A stretch of DNA of 63,009 nt from the IMG/VR virus record IMGVR_UViG_3300042514_001623, positions 1 to 63,009 of that record. One strand, 5' to 3'. This document shows, piece by piece, positions 23,001-28,449 of the stretch (position 1 is the stretch's first letter; every line of letters starts with the position of its first letter). A program made the translations under genes and the position numbers. The notes beneath the pieces were generated by a model. It saw only the letters and a list, made by a program, of their open reading frames with translations. It had not been told where the DNA came from and did no database searches. The stretch comes from a virus. Taxonomy: Duplodnaviria; Caudoviricetes.

Positions 23001-24990
23001 TGGCGTGCGCCAGTTCTTCGGCATGTACGAGAGCCGCAGCGAGCGCGCCAAGGCCGTGCGCCTGATGCGTGAGAACTTCCCCGATGCCGACATCAAGCAG
23101 GGCACCACCTCGGAGGAGGAGTTCAAGCTGTTCGCGGGTGTCACGCCCGAGACGCTGGAACTGTTCGGCGACAAGCTGGGCCTGAGCGACGAAGTGGCCA
23201 AGAGCAGCCTGTTCCAGAAGTGGCTGCAGGTGGCCAAGGCCAACCGATCGGGCATGAAGCGGCTGATCCACCGCAAGGGCGTGCCTGGCTTCAGCGAGGA
23301 CGTGGGCCGCGTGCTGGCCTCGTTCATCTACTCCAACGCGCGCCAGGCTTCCAGCAACCTGCACGCTGGCGCGGCCGAGCGGGCCATCGAGGAGATCCCG
23401 CAGAGCAAGGGCCAGTTGAAGGACTACGCCGTTCGCCTGAACGAGTACGTCAAGAACCCGCAGGAGGAGGCGCAGGCGCTGCGCTCCGTGCTGTTCGCGC
23501 AGTTCCTGGGCGGCAGCATCGCTTCGGCCATCGTCAACGCCACGCAGCCGTTCATGGTGACGCTGCCCTACCTGACCCAGTTCGGCGGGGTGGGCAAGGC
23601 CGGTGCGCGCATGGCCGCGGCGCTGAAAGACGTGGGCCGGCGCGAGTTCCCCAAGGACAAGGGCCTGACGGAGGCGCTGAACCGCGCGGCCGAGGACGGC
23701 ATCGTGGCGCCGCAGGAGGTGTTCTTCCTGCAGGCGCAGGCCAGCGGCAAGGCACAGCTTCAGTCCGGCGACGGCACGCTGCTGGGCAACGCCGGGGCGC
23801 GCGTGAACAACGGGATCTCGCGCCTGACCCTGGCGTGGGGAAAGCCGTTCAGCTTCGCGGAGTTGTTCAACCGGCGCCTGACCTTCATCGCGGCGTACCG
23901 CACGGCGCAAGAGGAGGGGATGTCGCGGCCCTACGAGTTCGCCATCAAGGCGGTGCGCGAGACGCAGTTCCTCTACAACAAGGGCAACCGGCCGCGCTGG
24001 GCCCGTGGGGCGGTGGGTGCGCTGCTGTTCACGTTCAAGACCTACAGCGTCAGCATGGTGGAGCACCTGGCGCGCAACGCCAAGACCCCGCAGGGCCGCC
24101 GCGCGCTGCTGGCCGCGCTGGTGATGATCGCCATGATGGCGGGCCTGGATGGCCTGCCGTTCATGGAAGACGTGGAGGACGTGATCGACGGCGTGATGCA
24201 GCGGGTGTTCGACAAGAATTTCTCGCTGCGCTTTGAGCGCAACCAGTGGATCGCGCGGCAACTGATCGCCCTGGTGGGTGAAGACCTGGGCCAGCCGGTG
24301 GCCGATTTCCTGGCCAAGGGCGTCACCGGCCTGCCCGGGGCGCCGTTCGACGTGTCCGGCCGCCTGGGCCTGCACAACATCATCCCGGGCACTGGCGTGT
24401 TCCTGAAGAAGGACAGCTACGCCCGCGACGTGGCCGACGTGGCCGGCGCGGCTGGCAGTTTCGTGGCGCGGATGTTCGACGCCATCGGCAAGGCCGCCGA
24501 GGGCCGCATGAAGGAGGCCCTGGTGCTGGCTTCGCCCATCGCCGTGCAGAACGCGGTGAAGGGCGGGATGATGGCGCAGACCGGCATGTACCCGGACACG
24601 CGCGAGAACATGGTGGTCAAGACCACCCTGGCCGATGCCGGGTTCAAGGCCGCGGGCTTCCAGCCCAAGGTGGTGCAGAAGGCGCAGCAGGTGGCCGGGG
24701 AGAGCGCCCGAGCCGTGGCCCTGGTGCGCCAGGTGGAAACAGAGATCGTCACCGCCATGGCGAAAGCCCTGGCCCGTTCCGATCCCGCCGGATTGCGCGA
24801 GGCGCTGGAACGGCTAGATTCGTGGAACCGGAAGAACCCCGGCTCGCCCATTCGCATCACCCCGAGCCAAGTGCGCGAGCGCTTGAAGAGCATGACCACC
24901 GAGAAGTCTGTTCGCCTGTTGAAGTCTGCGCCGCGCGAGATGCGGCCGGGCTTGGCCGAGCGCTTCCAGCAGCTGGAGCCGCAGGAATGA
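11047..24990 (+). CDS. Giant DarB-like polyvalent virion protein: N6-adenine methyltransferase + SNF2-type helicase + HExxH domain + PLxRFG domain (4647 aa)
   Basis: LEPGSGVG (~16280), NPPF (~16477), VGAGKT (~18400), DEAH (18892), QREGRIIRQGN (~20120), HELRH (~21637), PLSRFG (~22954). Confidence 0.85.
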   Translation: MTMTTFKVRGPDGQILNIRGPADATDEELQAVAAANWTPSRVGTERGRATLAQAKPLSYLPDPLEPASPNATADMLNAGVDAGAPQTEAGGSVLDRPRDPLAQGFRAASQQQRTLADTAATAKNDRFLSARASEATPMQKQAMALDESGAGGIKRGAIAGGAQLGQIGLGAMRLVGDLTGSETIEGIAAAGSRAAEGTSMASMQGLEGGEKLAAQVTSSIINSAPALALGVIGGPALTTLFAQSTLAEYNAGRNAGFDPGESLGRGIIMGIGEAAGERFGLSEQIALLKGAAKGLPQGEVARLFGNMLVKEIPGEQLTTLVQTLADKIGPAALNPDATLADYLEAAADTLKVTVGQSLVMGGGPAAVTTARNTFRAADQAAAGPEAQAAQEINAAAASFEGFFKPADTAAMPTQARAESVKRFDELAAAFGLDPKAAARVREQAGAMPTAQVPGFLARVTQALNKRGFFRQPVDETGVQELRTRIEPALAPAGTNAATERPAVEQPDVAGTAGVAAGAGDAGAPAAVGSGVAVGPLPDADGGVQPAAAATVPSSGEAGPAGDGGAAGPALTLLPIDADAALANMERQSAQDYADTKAAGRMPEQPDFEPRESTDILNPKGAAWAAKVGANKRLKELGDGYRLARVSTGWVIKPVAPVNTIDTASAPAGPIAQAPGSQSASGAPEAAGADALINAAVEPQAPESSATTQPRPQTLNLDAVSDKGLLNASLADAELLASVAKTEPAGNKLLGSLNVETKRLVLSAVSRLVNDREIFKRVVELVPVEVMNVLTGNSSGADGGSDYRAVLKNLAAVDAENPIPVLVDAADTFVRVTANAAAEKLAMSNGAGAAAPDRDSALSAVEVDAGSLPPSELAGRVAEENARWRSRDAGVSSEDGSTALATLDDRQVNSPTRIDELGSSSDATNDGPPTVRASRASAKPQGVAAEQSPAEAPAPADAAPPPGYEAIEHTTGKGKVLRGVVVKGIKGEDALKLDGGTFKKDGGYFVREKHWGRLPPVVAGNDRGESAPADAPASASTDAQPAAAVDKAKKDQKAEFDRIRAEIAAKKAPAPVDTSPGRAQKPAESEQVAPSLGKALQTAMGKSGWAAEDKGEGNTFWSKRQGQERYTARWDREQGRVEVTALEAGGVETQIAFFEATDAQDAARRADKAVADDLAEIAARNGSASSPAPEKTTPATEVSSSPAEPEVTSSQQPLSDAEQKELDRMLGLNASVGFKDMGGHWMAEATGNSLRMPVRARGSSKDAARRNLLQAVRQAREEQQATAAPSAAAAPTPRPVQTTASRVADARAIGAQAYAEDADRVPPQAFTTAEKRAWLDGYDNAPPRASAAPAPAPAAADPTLDDELNDALGKLGDVLGDVFGAKKNITGPQYGAADLLPALSKVVELLVRKGFKSFAQAAGKAAALMRANEKTAAHVDAITPRQWKAAYNAIAEGTEGTDTEEALSAMTAEQVKAIVSPAIPPAAESAPAPEAQNQAKEPANGNAPRQLDRPGQRALEGAPADPVQAPDAGGRTGQGAEGSGSADGDRVPGAEGAGAGRPGGVGDGAGALPVPGRGAGRKPRGEPKPRVRRDARPDADPGLFGDGAGPDPQGLTAPNVAPPAPPAFTPTDFEIADDLALGEGGQKAKYRGNVEAIRLLRDLEATGRTATPAEQRVLARYVGWGGIAQAFDAGNKDWTREYAELKELLTPEEWATANESTQYAHYTSREIIGGIYEALARMGFTGGKILEPGSGVGNFVGLMPAGLRTSSRFTGVEREAIAVGIAKQLYPRQNIQRADFTEFIGNDGFFDLAIGNPPFARNPLTDKSGRKHLTGLSVHNYFFAKAVDMLREGGILAQVVSNSFLDAKRDTARRYIADRTEFLGAIRLPNNAFAKNANTEVTTDIVFLRKLPESEWGSRSGKENRDRWLDTQNITDPNGGDDIPVNRYFAENPEMMLGQMGRYGTMYGPGQPALVAKPGQDTAALLRAAIARLPEGVYTPPAVANTAAMGDAAIVALRNPKVQEGGHYVEGDKLYRRLQDVAGEARAVELTPDTQWTEKTKLGEEGFARIKALAGLRQTLRDLLAAELADAKDIEALRTRLNTEYDAYAKRHGLINDRPSARVFDDDPDYPLLASLEHGFTPGIGAAAARKMGVKPMLATAKKGPIFKARVIEKRTAPTRASSPADALNISMAERGRIDAAYIGELLGISGEEALRDMSQGAKPLLFMDPASNEYVLRDAYLSGNVRAKLAQARQAGMMANARALEEVQPPDVSAGEISVRVGSPWVPTPVYEAFARHLFGDGTSAKFIYVKANSSFMDAISGESDVASSATWGTPSYPGPQILTSLMNNREIKVMFKDADGSLKVDREATDAANQKATEIKQAFSDWVFSDPERADVLTKAYNEANNNYVTRAFDGGYMQFPGKVPDSIIKFRRHQRNAIARIVQDRTALLDHVVGAGKTFTVISAAMELKRTGLANKPLIMVPNHLVKQWAADFYRLYPGANILTATKKDFEKTNRRRFLAKIATGNWDAVIMAHSSFGFIKPAPEFEAQFNEQQVKNVMDTIDAVNAGDADEGTKKRTVKQLAALKERLENRIDALRQKPIDALLDFKEIGVDQLFVDEAHLFKNLMFTTKMQNVRGLGDSAGSQRAYDLFIKTNQLYAQNGRGQGVVFATGTPVSNSLAEMYHMMRYLMPQALQEGGFESFDAWANTFASVEQVWMQKISANGFKADNRMSTFVNTHELLKMFDQVADTVTMDDIKKAYAEENDGREFPLPKLKTGRRQPVSLDKSQAQEDYMAAVAARAQAIEGKRTNEKGMDNALKIMGDARKAAMDIRLVDVTITEREKGGRIDRAADEIAARYRQYGDVKGTQLVFSDLGTPIKHAREEMKEWEALQARIQKGVDPETVTAANFGNEAAMKVVEDAEDAQREMDEKGADWLDAVKAALRGFSVYDDLRAALVERGIPDSEIAFIHDYNTDDQKLSLFRKMNAGDMRVLIGSTPKLGAGTNVQDRLVALHHLDVPWKPSDVEQREGRIIRQGNKLMDTVPGFEVEILAYVTKDTLDMRMWQVQETKLKMINQLRTRQISREIDNAFEDMEMSAGEMQAAATGNMDLLKEIQLRTDVKKLEQAKRSFDATRNDLVSRRRRADEAVATLPAKIARAEKMAEASKAYTDAQKAQAERFSVTVNGKAYTDAREAGAVLQAFVDAKQFTKKGTDIVLTPEQYQAMDEDERSASNGWQERPVPLKVEMDGKTYTARAALGEAFADLRGDVNDAPLWQVDGQTYIRRTKAAAAIAQRVADSMAEMTEAEVGRIGPFTVTVEGQPPSAYATGTTGLEVVIRAPGGVEASTTLNFKDIASEDDARKAATGVINAAMSLASGGQQQVLWLRSDLERQQRVLADLATAKVAADFPQQDKLEAARAAHKEVLARLAAKPEQPAAPEADEAAGDTALSRGAGRGVAMADAEAARDALLRAMPKAPRITLLERVDQAPASLLSKISSAGASADVEGAFHEGEVFIFPGNIDSLERLQFVMAHHELRHYGLRSLMPNQNRRGPLLLAIYNTNPEIRRQADDKMAAGLAGSKVLAVEEALADMPVEQMQALKGGPRLLAALRDVLRKLAEVFRSLGWVRVADALEPATWTDADVVALVRRAEAVSRTGGPLFRVGDTAFSRSPSVATKALTAALSKPGAALRDVRLPAGYVVGDWFGNSLGRLHWWHKTVGTPYNLAERERSFRPVFESIQNFMDDISHYATEAANLAPSILPKLESITDILKAPLPPADVKALAAPVFEGTLGWGRDLDGKPVRMVDLEAKAAQLSAEDKAQEMLRRRLLNPRVLKMWQGLPLEQFEAAVETRYQNEVLKPGVVWSDGELRTMFGLSPRQIALYREFRSATDKSLDDLTITTMLRVGGEEVADLREQVLAEPDLMTAAELIRDRLFDLAEQQPENADAMNARGNGIIDIADRVEDLKDRGYAPLSRFGQYTLDVVTPDGVRQFFGMYESRSERAKAVRLMRENFPDADIKQGTTSEEEFKLFAGVTPETLELFGDKLGLSDEVAKSSLFQKWLQVAKANRSGMKRLIHRKGVPGFSEDVGRVLASFIYSNARQASSNLHAGAAERAIEEIPQSKGQLKDYAVRLNEYVKNPQEEAQALRSVLFAQFLGGSIASAIVNATQPFMVTLPYLTQFGGVGKAGARMAAALKDVGRREFPKDKGLTEALNRAAEDGIVAPQEVFFLQAQASGKAQLQSGDGTLLGNAGARVNNGISRLTLAWGKPFSFAELFNRRLTFIAAYRTAQEEGMSRPYEFAIKAVRETQFLYNKGNRPRWARGAVGALLFTFKTYSVSMVEHLARNAKTPQGRRALLAALVMIAMMAGLDGLPFMEDVEDVIDGVMQRVFDKNFSLRFERNQWIARQLIALVGEDLGQPVADFLAKGVTGLPGAPFDVSGRLGLHNIIPGTGVFLKKDSYARDVADVAGAAGSFVARMFDAIGKAAEGRMKEALVLASPIAVQNAVKGGMMAQTGMYPDTRENMVVKTTLADAGFKAAGFQPKVVQKAQQVAGESARAVALVRQVETEIVTAMAKALARSDPAGLREALERLDSWNRKNPGSPIRITPSQVRERLKSMTTEKSVRLLKSAPREMRPGLAERFQQLEPQE
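12551..12757 (+). CDS. Putative overprinted small ORF in +1 frame of the giant gene (68 aa from CTG, or 50 aa from ATG 12605)
   Basis: +1 frame uses CTG/GAG/CCG codons (WQELPEWLLEPVMQGHLLLWEAAWLWDHCL...) while the main frame switches to GCT/GGA; GGAGAGG at 12540 and GGAG at 12595. Confidence 0.5.
   Translation: MSNSLTWQELPEWLLEPVMQGHLLLWEAAWLWDHCLMQTEEFSPLPPQLFPAAEKLALLEMEALPGLH
13156..13764 (-). CDS. HNH homing endonuclease (Zn-finger + HNH + HTH), nested antisense inside the giant gene
   Basis: CxxC...FC...C repeats, GYRV...EHR, VHHLDGDKLNNALENL; GGAGA RBS 6 nt before TTG. Confidence 0.85.
   Translation of the reverse strand: MPIVQCSQCGAAVLRTDSRIARTPSGVFFCNTSCQFAWRQRACVHFNCAQCGVAVRRSRAGTIGHRKLFCSSVCRDTNKRVGSVNEDGYRVFSVNGRQVLEHRAVVAAAIGPAAIAGKDVHHLDGDKLNNALENLAVVDKSAHGREHKPLSFDIERAKQLVASGLSLGNAGKQLGVSKRCVEKAFVRYGVQIECLRPRLRRR
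13831..13859 (-). promoter_or_regulatory. Putative sigma70 promoter for the nested HNH gene
   Basis: Minus strand TTTGCG/TTGCGC - 16/17 nt - TACAGT, ~65 nt upstream of the HNH start. Confidence 0.4.
15542..15877 (+). CDS. Overprinted ORF in +1 frame of the giant gene (111 aa; TnpV-like)
   Basis: AAGGAG 7 nt before ATG; protein-like HWKEHQPTRYKRLMQAGEL...AWEMVRERYLFP; main frame here is low-complexity G/A/P/R. Confidence 0.65.
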   Translation: MEMHHANWIAQANEHWKEHQPTRYKRLMQAGELGKALKEAAAQTATEFQALKEQGLDALAAWEMVRERYLFPAEEPGASPAESPSQGYGAMRDLTQTLGSLGMEPDPIRKD

Positions 24991-25103
24991 ACAACCTCGG
25001 CGGCTGGTCCGTGCTCGCCGGGCTTCTTACGCTGGCCTGGACCCTGGGCCCGTGGGGCCTGCTGATCGTGGCCGCCCTGGCCGCGCTGTTCAGCAGGCCC
25101 TGA
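24987..25103 (+). CDS. Small hydrophobic membrane peptide (38 aa)
   Basis: ATGA overlap with giant gene stop; almost entirely hydrophobic. Confidence 0.5.
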   Translation: MNNLGGWSVLAGLLTLAWTLGPWGLLIVAALAALFSRP

Positions 25104-25222
25104 CCTTCGCGCCGGCGCAACGCCGGCACCGCACCCGCTGACTGCCCGCTTGCCCTGGAAACAGGGCCGGCGGCGCAGCCACGTCTACCCCCGGCGCAAG
25201 CCGACACCCGAGGAGCGCGCCC

Positions 25223-25486
25223 ATGCCGGCACGACTGCTACGCCCCGACCTCCTGACACACGCCCTGGTAGGCAACGTCATCACAACCGCCTGCTTGCCG
25301 CTAGGACGGCCCGTGGCCCTGGCCGTGTGCCTGCTGGCCGCCATCGGCCGCGAGATCTACGCCTGGCGCAAGCGCGGTTGGCGCATGAGCCGCGAAGACG
25401 CCAAGGAGCACGCGCTGGACATCGGCGCAACCATGGCCGGGGGTTTCCTGGCCGCAACCGCCTTCACCATGGGGAGCAAGGCATGA
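25223..25486 (+). CDS. Small membrane protein (87 aa)
   Basis: GAGGAG RBS; hydrophobic helices; D..H...G / E...D pattern. Confidence 0.6.
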   Translation: MPARLLRPDLLTHALVGNVITTACLPLGRPVALAVCLLAAIGREIYAWRKRGWRMSREDAKEHALDIGATMAGGFLAATAFTMGSKA

Positions 25487-25701
25487 AGCTGAAACCGATC
25501 CCGAACTGGCGCCAGTCCTGGCGCATGCTGAGTGTGCAGGTGGCCGCGGCCGCCGTGGCCTGGGGCAGCCTGCCCACCGAGATGCAGACCGCGGTGCTCA
25601 CCGCGCTGGGTGTCGGCCCCGAGCGCGTGCCCGCGGTGCTGGGCGCGCTGTTCCTGCTGGGCCGGCTGATCGACCAACCCAAGACGCGGGAGGGCGAGTG
25701 A
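25483..25701 (+). CDS. Putative holin (72 aa)
   Basis: LIPNWRQSWRMLSVQ-type N-terminus, two TM segments, immediately before endolysin. Confidence 0.7.
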   Translation: MKLKPIPNWRQSWRMLSVQVAAAAVAWGSLPTEMQTAVLTALGVGPERVPAVLGALFLLGRLIDQPKTREGE

Positions 25702-26090
25702 TGGACGCCCGCAGCGAGAAGAACCTGCAGGGCGTGCACCCTGACCTGGCGCGCGTGGTGCGCATCGCATGGGAGCGCATGGACGGCCGCGCCGACAAAC
25801 TGCGCTTCATCGCCATCGAGGGCCTGCGCACCAAGAAGCGCCAGGCCGAACTGATGGCCGCCGGTGCGTCGCAGACCATGAACGGCCGGCACCTGACCGG
25901 GCACGCCGTCGACCTGATGGCCACCGTGGCCGGCGCCGCGCGCTGGGACTGGCCGCTGTACGCAACGCTGGGCGCGCACGTCAAGGCCGTGGCGGCCGAG
26001 CTCGGCGTGCCGATCACCTGGGGGGGTGACTGGGCGCGTTTGCGCGACGGTCCTCACTTCGAGTTGTCGCGCAAGGAGTACCCGGCGTGA
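25701..26090 (+). CDS. Endolysin, peptidase M15 family (L-Ala-D-Glu type)
   Basis: GVHPDL, EGLRT..RQ..L, H..GHAVD, WGGDW...DGPHFEL. Confidence 0.9.
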   Translation: MDARSEKNLQGVHPDLARVVRIAWERMDGRADKLRFIAIEGLRTKKRQAELMAAGASQTMNGRHLTGHAVDLMATVAGAARWDWPLYATLGAHVKAVAAELGVPITWGGDWARLRDGPHFELSRKEYPA

Positions 26091-26116
26091 GCACGGCCGC
26101 TGTTTTGGCCCCGCCG

Positions 26117-26614
26117 TCAGATGGTGCAGTGCCCGTGCAAAGCGCGTTTCGCGGACAAGTAGGCGTGATGCGCTTCTTCGGCAGTCCTAAACGTACCAAG
26201 CCTGATCGTCACGCCATTCTGGACGATAGAGGAGCGGAACCCGCTTCCATGAGGATGCGCGCCAAGCAGACCAGAACTGCTGCCGGATTTAGCCCGGCGC
26301 TGATTCTCTCCGTTCTGAGACTTGGTGGCTTCGCGCAGATTGGCAATCCGGTTGTCGTCGCGGACTCCGTTGATGTGGTCAACGAAGGTGCGCGGCCACT
26401 CACCATAAACGTAAAGCCAAGCCAAACGGTGGGCTGCGTAATTGGTCTTTCCGAACATGATCGTGCGATAGCCGCTGGCGCGAACGTACCCGCACGGTTG
26501 GCCGGTTGTGACGCCCCGTACTGGCGCAATCCAGGTGAAAGCGCCGGTGTCGGGGTTGTAGCGCACCGTGCGACGAAGCTCGTCGGCGGTCAACCTAGAA
26601 TTGAAATTGCTCAT
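26117..26614 (-). CDS. HNH endonuclease with AP2-like C-terminus
   Basis: YNPDTGAFTW, AHRLAWLY..G.WP, DHINGVRDDNRIANLR, LGTF.T.EEA; AAGGAG RBS. Confidence 0.92.
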   Translation of the reverse strand: MSNFNSRLTADELRRTVRYNPDTGAFTWIAPVRGVTTGQPCGYVRASGYRTIMFGKTNYAAHRLAWLYVYGEWPRTFVDHINGVRDDNRIANLREATKSQNGENQRRAKSGSSSGLLGAHPHGSGFRSSIVQNGVTIRLGTFRTAEEAHHAYLSAKRALHGHCTI

Positions 26615-26700
26615 GCCATTCGCTCCTTACAGCGGTGGGGTGGGAAGTGGCAGGGTTGGCTGGCAGGCCAACTCTGCTGCGCCTATTTTAGGCGCGCGCC

Positions 26701-27024
26701 ATGAACACTGTTGCAGTGGCCTTCGTAGCCGGCGCGGTCATTTCAGGTGTCGCGGCATTCCAGGTCCAAGCCTGGCGGTGGGGCGCGGCCGACGCGGCCC
26801 GGCTGGAAGCCCAGGCCGAGGCCCAGCGCCTGCAGGCCCGGGTGGCCGATGAAGCCGCAGCACGTCACGAGGCCGAGAAGGCCGCCATTGCGGCGCAGCG
26901 CCGCACCATCACCAAGGAGGTGGTCAAACTCACCGAGCGTGAGTCAATGCAGGCGCAATGTCTGGACGCTGCTGCTTTGGAGCTTGTCAGGCAGGCCGCT
27001 TCGCCTGAGCCCGCCAAGCCTTGA
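26701..27024 (+). CDS. i-spanin (Rz-like)
   Basis: N-terminal TM, coiled coil, C-terminal Cys; in lysis cassette. Confidence 0.75.
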   Translation: MNTVAVAFVAGAVISGVAAFQVQAWRWGAADAARLEAQAEAQRLQARVADEAAARHEAEKAAIAAQRRTITKEVVKLTERESMQAQCLDAAALELVRQAASPEPAKP

Positions 27025-27649
27025 ATGCGGCGTTGTCGCATGCAATCTCTGGTGGGCAGCCTAGCCGATTCACACGACCATAAACCGTGGGGCGAGCGAC
27101 GCCATTCTGTTTTGCCAAGTCGGAAAGACAAACCTCGCCGCCGCCAGTTTTAACCATAACGCTGGACCGCCTGTTTGCCGACTGCTCTGCAGGAGTCGCC
27201 CAACGGCAATTACCTGGGAAGTATCCCTTGTTGTTGTCGATCCGATCAAGGCTGTGCAAAACGCTGGGCGGATTCCCCACGTCTCTCAAAAAAGCCTCAA
27301 AGCTGTTTACCCACTCATCGCAGACCGTAATGCCGCGCGCGCCGTACCTAGCGTATGACTGCGACTCTGGAGAGAGGCAGCGCGTTTTCATTGAAAGCCA
27401 CGCCGTGTATGGCTTCGTCTTGGTCAAACCGTGTGATGTGCGCGACCTGTTGCGTTCGGCTGCCGCCTCTGACGCCAAGCATCCACAGGACTTTGTACCT
27501 TTGGCACTCGCAAGATTAGCTGCAGAAACCTTGTGCTCTCGCCCGCAATCGCATTTGCAGATCCAAGCGACTTTGCCAGTCGCTGTGCGGTCAGGTGCTA
27601 CTGCGGTAAGTCGACCGAACTTCTGGCCGGATAGGTCTTTGATTGGCAT
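26987..27649 (-). CDS. HNH-type homing endonuclease (GQKFGRL/YGARGI type)
   Basis: DLSGQKFGRL, W.CKCDCG, SCGC, W.SMK.RC, YGARGI.VC.EW, SLDRIDNNKGY.P.NCRWAT. Confidence 0.9.
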   Translation of the reverse strand: MPIKDLSGQKFGRLTAVAPDRTATGKVAWICKCDCGREHKVSAANLASAKGTKSCGCLASEAAAERNRSRTSHGLTKTKPYTAWLSMKTRCLSPESQSYARYGARGITVCDEWVNSFEAFLRDVGNPPSVLHSLDRIDNNKGYFPGNCRWATPAEQSANRRSSVMVKTGGGEVCLSDLAKQNGVARPTVYGRVNRLGCPPEIACDNAAFKAWRAQAKRPA

Positions 27650-27655
27650 CTAATG

Positions 27656-27684
27656 ATTCTAAAGGCTGTGCAACACCATGACAA
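27656..27684 (-). promoter_or_regulatory. Putative sigma70 promoter giving a leaderless HNH mRNA
   Basis: Minus strand TTGTCA-17-TAGAAT ending 6 nt before ATG at 27649. Confidence 0.5.
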
Positions 27685-27929
27685 CCCGCCACGCAATAAT
27701 GCTCCTGCTTTCTGGCTTGCTGCCGGCTTGCGCCTCGTTGAAGCCGCCGCCCGCGGCACCGACCCTGCCGGCCAGCCTGCGCCAGCCTTGCCCGCCTCTG
27801 CCGCTGCCCGCTGATGGGAGCGGCGCCGCGGTGCTGCGCACGATGGTGGAGTGGGGGGCGATGTACCGCGAGTGCGCCGACCGCCATGCAGCGGTGGTGA
27901 GGGCGGCGCAGCCAACCCACCCCGAGTAA
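27678..27929 (+). CDS. o-spanin (Rz1-like lipoprotein)
   Basis: Lipobox LLPAC, Pro-rich, L..PC..L, Y.EC..RH. Confidence 0.8.
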   Translation: MTTRHAIMLLLSGLLPACASLKPPPAAPTLPASLRQPCPPLPLPADGSGAAVLRTMVEWGAMYRECADRHAAVVRAAQPTHPE

Positions 27930-28031
27930 GCCGCTGACACGGTACGGCACGATCTCGGGCTCTTGGCCCTCTGCTTTGGCCACGGCTGCATCCAGCAGCG
28001 CCCCGGTGAGGGTGGAGGTGTTGTGCTTCAT
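27930..28031 (-). pseudogene. N-terminal remnant of a NinX/DUF2591-like gene
   Basis: MKHNTSTLTGALLDAAVAKAEG, after which the frame runs into the antisense strand of the o-spanin. Confidence 0.45.
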
Positions 28032-28372
28032 GCGCGGACCCCGATAGCAGCCATGAATGCCGCGTGATGCGACTGCTGCAGGCGCCTGACGTGCGGGCTG
28101 GGGTCGGCGTAGAAGATGGGGCCGCTGGCCGAGTCGTACACGTTGCGCCCCGCATGGTCCTGCACCCACACGCGGTCGGCCTGGAACGCCAGCGGGTCAT
28201 CCAGCATGGCTTGGCGCCGCAGCACCTCGGTGCCCGTCAGGATCTCGTGCTGACGCAGCACCGCGATGCCCGAAAGCGGCGCAGCCACCAGCGGCACCAC
28301 TGGCATCAGCACCCCGCTGCGGATGATGGCCGGGGCGGCGAGGAAGGTCTTGAGTAGGTTGCGGCGGTTCAC
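28028..28372 (-). CDS. Hypothetical protein with twin-arginine-like N-terminus (114 aa)
   Basis: AGGAGG RBS; MNRRNLLK..LAAPAIIR. Confidence 0.65.
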   Translation of the reverse strand: MNRRNLLKTFLAAPAIIRSGVLMPVVPLVAAPLSGIAVLRQHEILTGTEVLRRQAMLDDPLAFQADRVWVQDHAGRNVYDSASGPIFYADPSPHVRRLQQSHHAAFMAAIGVRA

Positions 28373-28449
28373 GGGGCCTCCTGGGGAGATTCTGAGGGAG
28401 ATTGTTGGGGAATAGAGGGGAATACCGGGGCTGCGGCGGCGTCATCCAC

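Noticed and set aside
16339-24375. Very long minus-strand ORFs (767, 480, 1172 aa) and similar ones opposite portal and terminase
   Set aside because: Shadow frames of GC-rich genes; no RBS or motifs, unlike the 13156-13764 HNH
11047-24990. Inteins or introns in the giant gene or terminase
   Set aside because: No C/S...HN-C/S/T splice motifs, LAGLIDADG blocks or frame breaks noticed
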